Origin: Candidatus Sulfopaludibacter sp. SbA3
GTDB lineage: Bacteria > Pseudomonadota > Alphaproteobacteria > Caulobacterales > Hyphomonadaceae
Direction of reading: 5' to 3'
Assembly (NCBI GenBank): GCA_945913285.1
Contig: CAMEDD010000011.1
Coordinates: 1-32,000, forward strand
DNA length: 32,000 nt
How positions within the stretch are numbered: the first letter of the stretch is position 1; every line of letters starts with the position of its first letter. The notes beneath the pieces were generated by a model that searched no databases, had not been told where the DNA came from, and saw nothing but the letters and a program-made list of their open reading frames with translations. Shown piece by piece: positions 1-7,081 of the stretch. The position numbers were made by a program, and so were the translations under genes.

Positions 1-498
1 TCTGACTTTCACGGCGTCGCCTCCCGCGAAGATCTCGTCGAAGCGCTCGACGCTCATTTCGACAAGGCGATGTCTGCCGAAGGCGTGCCCGACGAAACCT
101 CTGCCCGCGAGCGCCTGTTCGATGTGATCATGCTGCGCTTCGAAGCGATGGAGCCGCACCGGGGCGGCATTCTCGAGATCACGAAGTTTCGCGAGACCTC
201 GCTCTACCATCTCTCCCGGCTGCCAAATCACCGCCATGCCAGCGCGGCCTGGGCGCTTGCGTCTTCGGGGCTCGACAATGACACCGGCGCGCCCGCCAGC
301 CTGAAACGCATCGCCGTCGCGCTCGTTATTGCGCAGGCCGAACGCGCCTGGCGCAAGGAAACCAGCGGCGATTTCGCGCTCACCATGGCCGCGCTCGACA
401 AGGGCCTGCGCCGCGCGGAGGAGCGTCTTGGCCAGTTCCGGAAATTCACCGGGCGCCGCGCCGCGCAGGGCCGCAAAACCGAAGAGGCCGCCTCGTGA
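1..498 (+). CDS. TetR/AcrR-like regulator, C-terminal (ligand-binding) part; 5' end lies outside the window
   Basis: Frame 1 is open from base 1 (SDFHGVASREDLVEALDAHFDKAM...), so the 70..498 track ORF is only the tail of a longer gene. The helical, Arg/Ala-rich C-terminal domain (RERLFDVIMLRFEAMEPHRGGILEI) resembles alphaproteobacterial TetR-family C-domains. Its stop overlaps the next gene's GTG (GTGA). No HTH is visible in the window. Confidence 0.4.
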   Translation, partial: SDFHGVASREDLVEALDAHFDKAMSAEGVPDETSARERLFDVIMLRFEAMEPHRGGILEITKFRETSLYHLSRLPNHRHASAAWALASSGLDNDTGAPASLKRIAVALVIAQAERAWRKETSGDFALTMAALDKGLRRAEERLGQFRKFTGRRAAQGRKTEEAAS

Positions 499-1586
499 GC
501 CGCCCGGGACTCGACACGCATCCGCTGGAACTGAAGCCAGACTGGTTCAACACCCTGTTCGCTGAAATCGGCATCGACGCCGAGGTGCGCGGCTTCACCG
601 CCAAGTCCATCGGCACCGGCCAGATCGGCGAAAACGTCCGCTTCGTGTTCGACTATGCCCGCGCCGGCGCCAATGCGCCGAAAACGCTCGTGGGCAAGTT
701 CCCATCGGGCAATGAGATCAGTGTCGCCACCGCAAAGATGCTGAACCACTATAAACGCGAAGTGATGTTCTATCGGACCTTCCCGAAAGTTGCAGGCCGG
801 ATCACGCCGGATGCGCTGTATACGGACTATGATCCTGAAACCAACCGCTTTGCGCTGATCATGGAGGACATGTCCCCGTCCGAGCAGGGCGACCAGTTGA
901 AGGGCTGCGGCGTCGAAGAAGCCCGCCTCGCGATGGAATCGGCCGCCGTGCTGCATGCCGCGCATTGGGAAGATCCGGTCCTGGACGCGCATGACTGGCT
1001 GCAAGGCTCCGCCAAGGCCCCGCCGCCGGGTCTCAGTTCCGAAATGGTCGCGGGCCTTTGGACCGGTTTCAAGGATCGCTATGCAGCGCATATCAATTCC
1101 GATCAGATTGAAGTCGGCGACGCGTATGCCGCGAGCCTTCCCAAATGGGGCGAGGCCTACCAGGGCCCGTTTGCGCTGACGCATTCAGACTACCGGCTCG
1201 ACAATATGCTGTTTGGCAAATCCGGCGCAAAGAAGCCGCTCGCCGTCGTGGACTGGCAGACGGCCGGCAAGGGCGCCCCTGCCAATGACGTGGCCTATTT
1301 CATCGGCGCTGGCCTCACCCGTGAGGATCGCCCGAAGCATGAGCAAGCCCTGCTGCGCCACTATCACGACTGCCTGAAGGCGGAAGGGATCACCAGCTAT
1401 AGTTTTGATGATCTCTACACGCACTATCGCTGGTTTGCGTTCTACGGCGTCTCGGTCGCCTTCGCGGCGGCCATGATCGTCAAGCAGACCGAGCGGGGCG
1501 ACGAGATGTTCCTCACCATGCTCCGGCGCCACTGTGCCCAGATCCGCGACAATAAAAGCCTGGAATTGCTGAAGTCGCTCAGCTGA
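495..1586 (+). CDS. phosphotransferase-family kinase (APH/choline-kinase/EcKL-like fold)
   Basis: 363-aa ORF. It has the catalytic-loop motif HSDYRLDNMLF followed by VVDWQ (metal-binding Asp), typical of the aminoglycoside-phosphotransferase-like fold. A GAAGAGG Shine-Dalgarno precedes the GTG start. GC3 is high. Confidence 0.8.
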   Translation: MSRPGLDTHPLELKPDWFNTLFAEIGIDAEVRGFTAKSIGTGQIGENVRFVFDYARAGANAPKTLVGKFPSGNEISVATAKMLNHYKREVMFYRTFPKVAGRITPDALYTDYDPETNRFALIMEDMSPSEQGDQLKGCGVEEARLAMESAAVLHAAHWEDPVLDAHDWLQGSAKAPPPGLSSEMVAGLWTGFKDRYAAHINSDQIEVGDAYAASLPKWGEAYQGPFALTHSDYRLDNMLFGKSGAKKPLAVVDWQTAGKGAPANDVAYFIGAGLTREDRPKHEQALLRHYHDCLKAEGITSYSFDDLYTHYRWFAFYGVSVAFAAAMIVKQTERGDEMFLTMLRRHCAQIRDNKSLELLKSLS

Positions 1587-1596
1587 ACGTGCTGCC

Positions 1597-1633
1597 GGAT
1601 TTCGTGGGCAGGGCGCTTATGCCTGCGAAATCC
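1597..1633 (+). terminator. stem-loop just after the kinase stop (terminator-like, no U-tract)
   Basis: GGATTTC (1597-1603) pairs with GAAATCC (1627-1633), and GCAGG (1608-1612) pairs with CCTGC (1622-1626). There is a 4-nt bulge and a 9-nt loop. No T-run follows, so it is not a canonical intrinsic terminator. Confidence 0.3.
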
Positions 1634-1731
1634 GAGGGCCCGAAGACAAAATCTCAACTCAGATCAGGCGCCTGTAAAACACTTCCCCTAAACTTGCGCA
1701 CCCCCTCCGCGTTCGGACCTATCCGCCGTGC

Positions 1732-2166
1732 ATGCGGGCGCTCAGCGCCCTTCGCAGCGACCCGTATTTCCCGCCGATGTTCGCGGACGTGCACGTGCTC
1801 TGCCGGCCGATCCTCGTCTGGCCGATCAACCGCTTTTTCAGCTGCCTCAAACGCGAAGGTATCGCCGTCGCGCACTACACTCTGAACCGCTGGGGCTTCA
1901 TCAAGATTGTTCATCTTGGCGACCGCGAAGACCCGGACGCCTGCAAACCCCTCATCCGAACCTTCCGTCCCCTGGCGGATGCAAGCGGCGCGGGCGACTT
2001 GCCGGCCAACCTCGCCCCACGCGAAACCCTCATGGCGGTCTCATGCCTCCCCCACCAGGTGGGTGGAGGCGTCATTGCGCGAAGCGCAATGACGCAGGGG
2101 CCTTTTGCCTCGCTTAGGCTCGGCTCAACCTGGCCCTGCCTGTCATCGCCGCTTGCGCCGGGGTGA
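1732..2166 (+). CDS. hypothetical protein (weak call; possibly a gene remnant)
   Basis: Only this frame in the 1590-2460 gap keeps high GC3 over its first ~75 codons (…MFADVHVLCRPILVWPINRFFSCLKREGIAVAHYTLNRWGFIKIVHLGD…). The tail becomes low-complexity. No family was recognised and there is no clear RBS. An alternative start is the ATG at 1777. Confidence 0.25.
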   Translation: MRALSALRSDPYFPPMFADVHVLCRPILVWPINRFFSCLKREGIAVAHYTLNRWGFIKIVHLGDREDPDACKPLIRTFRPLADASGAGDLPANLAPRETLMAVSCLPHQVGGGVIARSAMTQGPFASLRLGSTWPCLSSPLAPG

Positions 2167-2266
2167 CAGGAACGGGGCGAAAGCTCAAACACCCGGCCAG
2201 CCGCCGCTGCGTCCGCCCGAAACGGCTGCGCTGAACCTCCTGGGACGAATGTCCGAACCCCGCGAA

Positions 2267-2308
2267 AAATTCCCCGACAGCCGCCGCTTTCCTGTCAAAT
2301 TCCCCCGA
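2267..2308. repeat. direct repeat AAATTCCCC(C)GA, two copies 30 bp apart
   Basis: AAATTCCCCGA is at 2267-2277 and AAATTCCCCCGA at 2297-2308, in the non-coding stretch ~160-200 bp upstream of sciP. Confidence 0.4.
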
Positions 2309-2376
2309 TTGTCCCGCCCCGGAACAGGTTTCCAAACATCGTCCTAACGTTCGCCCCGAAACTCATCTTTCGAGTC

Positions 2377-2388
2377 AAGGCCGGGCTT
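2377..2388 (+). repeat. 12-nt motif AAGGCCGGGCTT, copy 1 (upstream of sciP)
   Basis: Exact 12-mer shared with 2769-2780. Context is GTCAAGGCCGGGCTTAAACC, ~79 bp before the sciP ATG at 2467. Confidence 0.4.
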
Positions 2389-2466
2389 AAACCGCCTCGT
2401 GTAGGCTGCCTTTCATACCCGGCAGAAGCGGGGTGAAACGCATAGGACCGTGAAGTAGTTTTGATT

Positions 2467-2739
2467 ATGAACATGCAGAATGCACGCCCGATGAGCGTCA
2501 AGGGCCCGGATGGCCAGACACTCACACTCGCCGATTTGCCCTCGCCCGGCATCTCCCGCTGGGTCACCCGCCGCAAGGCCGAAGTGGTCGCCGCTGTCCA
2601 GGGCGGTCTCCTCACCTGCCAGGATGCCTGCGAAAGCTACAATCTGACCGAAGAAGAATTCGAGGGCTGGGAGCGTCTGTACGCCCGCCACGGCTCGAAA
2701 GGCCTTCGTACGACCCGCCTTCAGCAGTACCGCCGTTAA
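2467..2739 (+). CDS. sciP: SciP, small CtrA-inhibitory transcription factor (DUF1153 family)
   Basis: …GPDGQTLTLADLPSPGISRWVTRRKAEVVAAVQGGLLTCQDACESYNLTEEEFEGWERLYARHGSKGLRTTRLQQYRR matches the SciP/DUF1153 signature as I remember it (RWVxRRKAEVVAAVxGG…GLRTTRxQQYR). The start is ambiguous among TTG 2461 and ATG 2467, 2473 or 2491. Confidence 0.85.
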   Translation: MNMQNARPMSVKGPDGQTLTLADLPSPGISRWVTRRKAEVVAAVQGGLLTCQDACESYNLTEEEFEGWERLYARHGSKGLRTTRLQQYRR

Positions 2740-2755
2740 CACGGTTTCAGGTTTG

Positions 2756-2770
2756 TTAACCCTGCCGTAA
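2756..2770 (+). promoter_or_regulatory. CtrA-box-like element TTAA-N7-GTAA upstream of the fliF-like operon
   Basis: TTAACCCTGCCGTAA has one mismatch to TTAA-N7-TTAA. A second GTTAAC at 2735-2740 overlaps the sciP stop. A -10-like GCTTCTAAC lies at 2777-2785, which would place the box over -35. Confidence 0.3.
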
Positions 2771-2780
2771 GGCCGGGCTT
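2769..2780 (+). repeat. 12-nt motif AAGGCCGGGCTT, copy 2 (upstream of the fliF-like gene)
   Basis: Exact copy of 2377-2388. Context is GTAAGGCCGGGCTTCTAAC, 51 bp before the ATG at 2831. Confidence 0.4.
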
Positions 2781-2830
2781 CTAACTTTCCGGGAATCTGC
2801 CGGCCCTCTGGCCGGTTCCGGAGGGATGGA

Positions 2831-3505
2831 ATGGCGTTTGGCAGCAGCACTCGGGCGGGAACGCCGGGATCGACGCGCTCGCTGGCGATGCTTATCTGCG
2901 CGCTGGCGCTGGGCCTTCTGGTCTGGCGCGGCGCGGCCGTGCTGACCGGCCCGGCCGCGCCTGCGCCGTCCAGCGCTGCAGAGGCCGCACTGGCCGATAT
3001 CGTCGCGCCCATTGCCGGGCCCGGCCTCTCCCGCCTCAGCGTGACCTTCAATGCCGGAGGCGGACGCACTATCCTGATTGTCTTGGATAAACGCGCTTCG
3101 GCGCAAATCCCGGAACTGGAACGCATCGCGGCCCTCGCCGCCGGGATCATACCCGAACAGGGCGACCGCCTGGTCATCGAAACCGTTACCTTTGCGGCCG
3201 GTATTCCCGGCCGCCCCACCCCGGAGCAGTGGGCCGAACTGATCGGCCTCGCCGTGCTTGCCCTTGCAGGGGGCGGCTTGATCGCCGTGTCCGGTACGCC
3301 TTTGACCGTTCAATCACCGGCCGCTCAATTAATCTCTGCGCCGGCTGCCGCGCCTGAACGCACGCCTGCGCAAACGCCTCGCGCGCCGCGTCCCGTGCCC
3401 GTCGCCCAGCCGACCGAAGCAGCCGCCGAGATTGCCCGGCGTGATCCGGCGCGCGCCGCCGCGGTCGTGCGCGGCTGGATGAACACGCGGGACGAGATCG
3501 CATGA
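2831..3505 (+). CDS. fliF: FliF-like M-ring protein, drastically shortened (224 aa)
   Basis: It sits immediately 5' of fliG with an ATGA overlap, and a GGAGGG RBS lies 5 nt before the ATG. Order of elements:
- TM1: LAMLICALALGLLVW.
- One RBM-like alpha-beta-beta-alpha-beta stretch: AALADIVAPIAGPGLSRLSVTF…RTILIVLDKRASAQIPELERIAALAAGIIPEQGDRLVIETVTF.
- TM2: LIGLAVLALAGGGLIAV.
- A Pro/Ala linker.
- A C-terminal DPARAAAVVRGWM helix resembling the FliG-binding tail of FliF.
Canonical FliF is far longer. Confidence 0.55.
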   Translation: MAFGSSTRAGTPGSTRSLAMLICALALGLLVWRGAAVLTGPAAPAPSSAAEAALADIVAPIAGPGLSRLSVTFNAGGGRTILIVLDKRASAQIPELERIAALAAGIIPEQGDRLVIETVTFAAGIPGRPTPEQWAELIGLAVLALAGGGLIAVSGTPLTVQSPAAQLISAPAAAPERTPAQTPRAPRPVPVAQPTEAAAEIARRDPARAAAVVRGWMNTRDEIA

Positions 3506-4416
3506 GCGCGTTGTCCAAAGCCGCGCCCCTGATGGCGCCCGGTCTTGCCCGTTCGGCCCGGCTGATGCGGGCGCTTGGCCCGGACGCCGCCGGGATCTGG
3601 AGCGAGCTCGACCCGCAGGAGGCCGAAGCGCTCAGCGCCGCGATGGAACGGCTCGGAGACGACCCCGCCAGCGAAGCGGATGCCTTGCGCCGTTTCACAG
3701 AGGCCCAACGCGCCCGCACCGGCATGGGCGTATGGGCTGAACTGTCGGCGCTCGATACCTCCGTCCTCGATGCCATCACCCGTCATGAACGCGCGCAAGT
3801 CGTGGCGCTGATCCTCTCGCGGCTGACAGGCGATGCTTCGGCGCGGCTGCTGCGCGCCTTGCCGTCATCCCTCGCCATCGAAGCAATGCAGCGGCTTCTG
3901 CACCTCGGCGAAGTTCACCCTGCCGCCATGGCCGGGCTCGAACAGCACCTGAAGGGCCGGGTCACGTCGATGGTCCGTGAGGGCTCGCAGGCCGGGATTG
4001 AAGGCATTGCGCTCATCTTCGACCGCCTCGATCCGCGCGCCGGAACCCTGTTCCTCGCTGCGCTCGAGAATGCCGAGCCGGGCGCCGGCGAAAAAGTCCG
4101 TTCCCTGATGTTCACCTTCGATGACCTGGGCACGCTGGATGCGGGCGGCATGCAAACGCTGCTGGCGACCGCTGATCGCGCAACGCTGGTCATCGCGCTC
4201 AAGGGCGCCAAGGAGACGACGTCTGCCGCCTTCTTCGCGAACGTCACGCAGCGCGCAGGCGACCTGCTGCGCGAAGAGATCGCGGCGCTCGGCCCCGTCC
4301 GCCGCAGCGAAGTGGACGCCGCCCGGACAGAACTCGTTGGCCTCGCGCGCCAGCTGATCAGCCGGGGCGAAATCCATGCCGGCAAGGATACCGATGAGGA
4401 CGAACTCGTCGAATGA
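3502..4416 (+). CDS. fliG: flagellar motor switch protein FliG
   Basis: 304 aa. Motifs present are MFTFDDL, VIALKGA, and the C-terminal torque helix QRAGDLLREEIAALGPVRRSEVDAARTELVGLARQLISRGEI, with conserved Arg and acidic-pair positions. The EHPQ-equivalent is degenerate (HERAQ). Confidence 0.9.
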   Translation: MSALSKAAPLMAPGLARSARLMRALGPDAAGIWSELDPQEAEALSAAMERLGDDPASEADALRRFTEAQRARTGMGVWAELSALDTSVLDAITRHERAQVVALILSRLTGDASARLLRALPSSLAIEAMQRLLHLGEVHPAAMAGLEQHLKGRVTSMVREGSQAGIEGIALIFDRLDPRAGTLFLAALENAEPGAGEKVRSLMFTFDDLGTLDAGGMQTLLATADRATLVIALKGAKETTSAAFFANVTQRAGDLLREEIAALGPVRRSEVDAARTELVGLARQLISRGEIHAGKDTDEDELVE

Positions 4417-4823
4417 CCGCGCGCGCCATCAAGACTGTCGCTCCTTTTGAGTTCCGGGCGGACTTCGGTCCGCAGCCCGAAGAAGCCGCGCCAGATGAAC
4501 CCGCGCGCGTCAGCTTCACAGGCGACGAAGTGGCCGGGCTGATTGCGCAGGTGAGGGCAGAAACGCTAGCGGAAGTTGCCCGGCGTCAGGCCGCGTCGGA
4601 GGCCGAACGACTGGCTGTACTGGCACGCGATCTGAGGGCTGCGCTCGGCGAGATCGTTCAGGTTATGAGCCATATCGAGGCTGTCCAGTTCGATCCCGTC
4701 ACCGAAGCGCGGCTGCGCGCCTCTGTTGAAACTGCCGCTGGCCGCATCATCCATGGACAGGCCGACCTGTTCGAGACACTCGCAGACACGTCTGCCTCAA
4801 AGCCGAAGGAAGGCACGACATGA
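4413..4823 (+). CDS. FliH/FlbE-like flagellar assembly protein (short, position-based call)
   Basis: 136 aa between fliG and fliN, with ATGA overlaps on both sides. It has an N-terminal FEFRADF motif like alphaproteobacterial FliH N-termini, then a coiled-coil-like Ala/Glu/Arg region. It occupies the flbE position of the Caulobacter fliF operon. Confidence 0.45.
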   Translation: MTARAIKTVAPFEFRADFGPQPEEAAPDEPARVSFTGDEVAGLIAQVRAETLAEVARRQAASEAERLAVLARDLRAALGEIVQVMSHIEAVQFDPVTEARLRASVETAAGRIIHGQADLFETLADTSASKPKEGTT

Positions 4824-5086
4824 CCGACAACGGTAACCCTGCTTTCCGCCGTATGCTGATGGATGTGCCTGTCCGTGTCGAAGTCGTGCTCGGCGACGTG
4901 CGCGTCTCGATGGATGAACTCCAGGCCCTGTCGCCGGGCGAAGTGCTGACCATGGAAAAGCAGACCGGCGAGCCCGTGGACATCTACGTCTCCGGCCGCC
5001 TGATCGCCCGCGGCAAGCTGGTGGTCGCCGACGGCGAACTGGGCGTCACGCTCACCGAAATCGTCGATGACCGCGCCGTGGCCTGA
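4820..5086 (+). CDS. fliN: flagellar motor switch protein FliN (SpoA domain)
   Basis: VPVRVEVVLGDVRVSMDELQALSPGEVLTMEKQTGEPVDIYVSGRLIARGKLVVADGELGVTLTEIV matches the FliN/SpoA consensus. Confidence 0.85.
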   Translation: MTDNGNPAFRRMLMDVPVRVEVVLGDVRVSMDELQALSPGEVLTMEKQTGEPVDIYVSGRLIARGKLVVADGELGVTLTEIVDDRAVA

Positions 5087-5145
5087 CGCGCCCTCGAAAT
5101 TAGTTACATCTGGAACTGATTTGCCGTTGGGCCTATAAGGCGCCC

Positions 5146-6018
5146 ATGGACACTGCCTTTGCCAGGAACCGGTATCACGACGCGCCCCGCGCAGCGGACT
5201 ATACGATTGACCAGGCCTGGGACACCTACAGCGCCGCCGAACATGACCGCTGGGACCGTCTCTTCCGCCGGCAGAGCGAGATCACCAAAGGCCGCGCCTG
5301 CGCCGCCGCGCTGGAGGCGATGGGCCGCCTTGAGCTGTCGCCCTCGGGCGTGCCGCACATGGGGCGCCTGTCGGGCCGGCTGGAAGCGATGACGGGCTGG
5401 CGGCTCGTGCCGGTGGCGGAGCTTGTGCCCGACGAGATCTTCTTCAATCACCTTGCCAATCGCCGCTTCCCGGCGGGCGCGTTCATCCGGCCGGAGGCGG
5501 AGTTCGATTACCTTCAGGAACCGGACATCTTCCATGACATCTTCGGGCATGTGCCGATGCTCGCCAATCCGGTCTTCGCCGACTTCATGCAGGCCTACGG
5601 GCAGGGCGGCCAGCGGGCCATGCGGCTCGGCCAGCTGCACAACCTTGCGCGGCTTTACTGGTACACCGTCGAGTTTGGACTCATTCAGGAGGCGGACGGT
5701 CTGCGCGTCTATGGCGCGGGCATCCTGTCGAGCCCGGACGAGACCGTCTTTGCCTTGGAAGACGCTAGCCCCAACCGGATCGGGTTTGATCTAAAGCGCC
5801 TGATGCGTACGAAATACATCATCGACGACTTCCAGCAGACCTATTTCGTCATCGACAGTTTCGAAGCGCTGCTGGAGGCCTGCTACCAGGATTTCGGCAA
5901 TGTCTATTCCGAGGTGAAGGACGCCGCGGACATTGAAGCGCAGGACCTGCTGGCGGATGACCGCGTGATCACGCGCGGCAGCCATGCCTATTTCGACGCG
6001 GGCGGCCGCAAGGCCTGA
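5146..6018 (+). CDS. phhA: phenylalanine 4-hydroxylase
   Basis: 290 aa. The aromatic amino-acid hydroxylase core is present: PDIFHDIFGHVPMLANPVFADFMQAYG (2-His iron site) and ARLYWYTVEFGLI. Confidence 0.9.
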   Translation: MDTAFARNRYHDAPRAADYTIDQAWDTYSAAEHDRWDRLFRRQSEITKGRACAAALEAMGRLELSPSGVPHMGRLSGRLEAMTGWRLVPVAELVPDEIFFNHLANRRFPAGAFIRPEAEFDYLQEPDIFHDIFGHVPMLANPVFADFMQAYGQGGQRAMRLGQLHNLARLYWYTVEFGLIQEADGLRVYGAGILSSPDETVFALEDASPNRIGFDLKRLMRTKYIIDDFQQTYFVIDSFEALLEACYQDFGNVYSEVKDAADIEAQDLLADDRVITRGSHAYFDAGGRKA

Positions 6019-6031
6019 TGGCGAGGCGGCG

Positions 6032-6478
6032 CTACTTGCGTCCCCGTGCCTGATCCGTACCCTGACGGGCGAGCCCGTCGGCGCGTTCGTTGCCTTCGTC
6101 GCCGGCATGACCCTTCACCCAGACCCAGGTGATCTCGTGGCGCGCGCAGGCCTCTTCCATCGCCGTCCACAAGTCCTGGTTCTTCACCGGCTTCTTGTCA
6201 GCGGTCTTCCAGCCATTGCGTTTCCAGCCCTTGATCCATTTGGTCAGGCCGTCCTTCACATAAGTGGAATCCACGTTCAGCGTGACCTTTGACGGCTTCT
6301 TGAGCGCGTTCAGCGCCTCGATCACGGCCATCATTTCCATGCGGTTATTGGTGGTCGCCGGATCGCCGCCGAACATTTCCTTTTCGTGGCCATTCCAGCG
6401 AATTAGCGCGCCCCAGCCTCCGGGGCCGGGATTGCCGCTGCACGCGCCATCGGTCCAGATTTCAATCATGTCGGTCAT
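6032..6478 (-). CDS. rnhA: ribonuclease HI
   Basis: [23 protein letters not shown]…[14 protein letters not shown]…VDSTYV…[15 protein letters not shown] is the RNase H DEDD signature. The track ORF extends to a TTG at 6514. I prefer the ATG at 6478 (MTDMIEIW…). Confidence 0.9.
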   Translation of the reverse strand: MTDMIEIWTDGACSGNPGPGGWGALIRWNGHEKEMFGGDPATTNNRMEMMAVIEALNALKKPSKVTLNVDSTYVKDGLTKWIKGWKRNGWKTADKKPVKNQDLWTAMEEACARHEITWVWVKGHAGDEGNERADGLARQGTDQARGRK

Positions 6479-6520
6479 GCCGCGCGGGTTGGCCCGCTTC
6501 GGCGGAGGCGTCAAGACGGG

Positions 6521-7081
6521 TCAGAAGACGCTGAGGTCCACGTCCGTCAACTGCCGTGCCGGCGCGATGATGACGTGCATGAGAAAGCCGCAGAGCACGC
6601 CGGCCAAACCGCCGACCACTCCGCCCGCAACGAGCGCCCCGGCGGCAGCGCCCGCCCCGCCAAACAGCCCGAAAACACAGGTCGTCGCGCCCACCAGAAG
6701 CCCGCCCCATATCGCGCCCCAACGCAGATAGGGAAGGCGCGCGGTGATCCCCCGGTGCGGCATACGCCCGACCGACAGGCCGAGCGCCAGCGCCGCCGAT
6801 GGAACGGTGATGAAGAAGAGGAACAAGTTCAGCATCGACAGCTGCAGCGCCATTTCCACGCCGCCGAGGAAGCCGCCCTCGCCCACGGCAAGTCCGTCAA
6901 ATCCCATGATGCCGAAGGCCAGTTGCAACAGGCCGAGGCACACCGCGCCCATTAGCGTGACACAGAGGCAGGCAGCAAACGAGGAGACGAGCAGGGCAAG
7001 CCGGATCCGCTTGACCCGCTTCGGCCGCGGCGCCGTCGCATAGGCGGGAAGCTCGCTTTGGCCTTCCGCCGCGCCGGTCAT
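6521..7081 (-). CDS. hypothetical glycine-rich integral membrane protein
   Basis: 186 aa with about 5 hydrophobic helices and a Gly/Ala-zipper C-terminal half (GLFGGAGAAAGALVAGGVVGGLAGVLCG). Its start overlaps the thrB stop by 4 bp. No family was recognised. Confidence 0.6.
   Translation of the reverse strand: MTGAAEGQSELPAYATAPRPKRVKRIRLALLVSSFAACLCVTLMGAVCLGLLQLAFGIMGFDGLAVGEGGFLGGVEMALQLSMLNLFLFFITVPSAALALGLSVGRMPHRGITARLPYLRWGAIWGGLLVGATTCVFGLFGGAGAAAGALVAGGVVGGLAGVLCGFLMHVIIAPARQLTDVDLSVF

Noticed and set aside
2372-2376. GANTC (GAGTC) CcrM methylation site upstream of sciP as a cell-cycle regulatory mark
   Set aside because: A single 5-mer with four fixed bases is expected by chance about every few hundred bp. 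There is no clustering.
2100-2830. Sigma-54 (TGGCAC-N5-TTGC) promoter upstream of sciP or the fliF-like operon
   Set aside because: The TGGC-containing sites inspected (around 2131 and 2803) lack the -12 TTGC element at the correct spacing.
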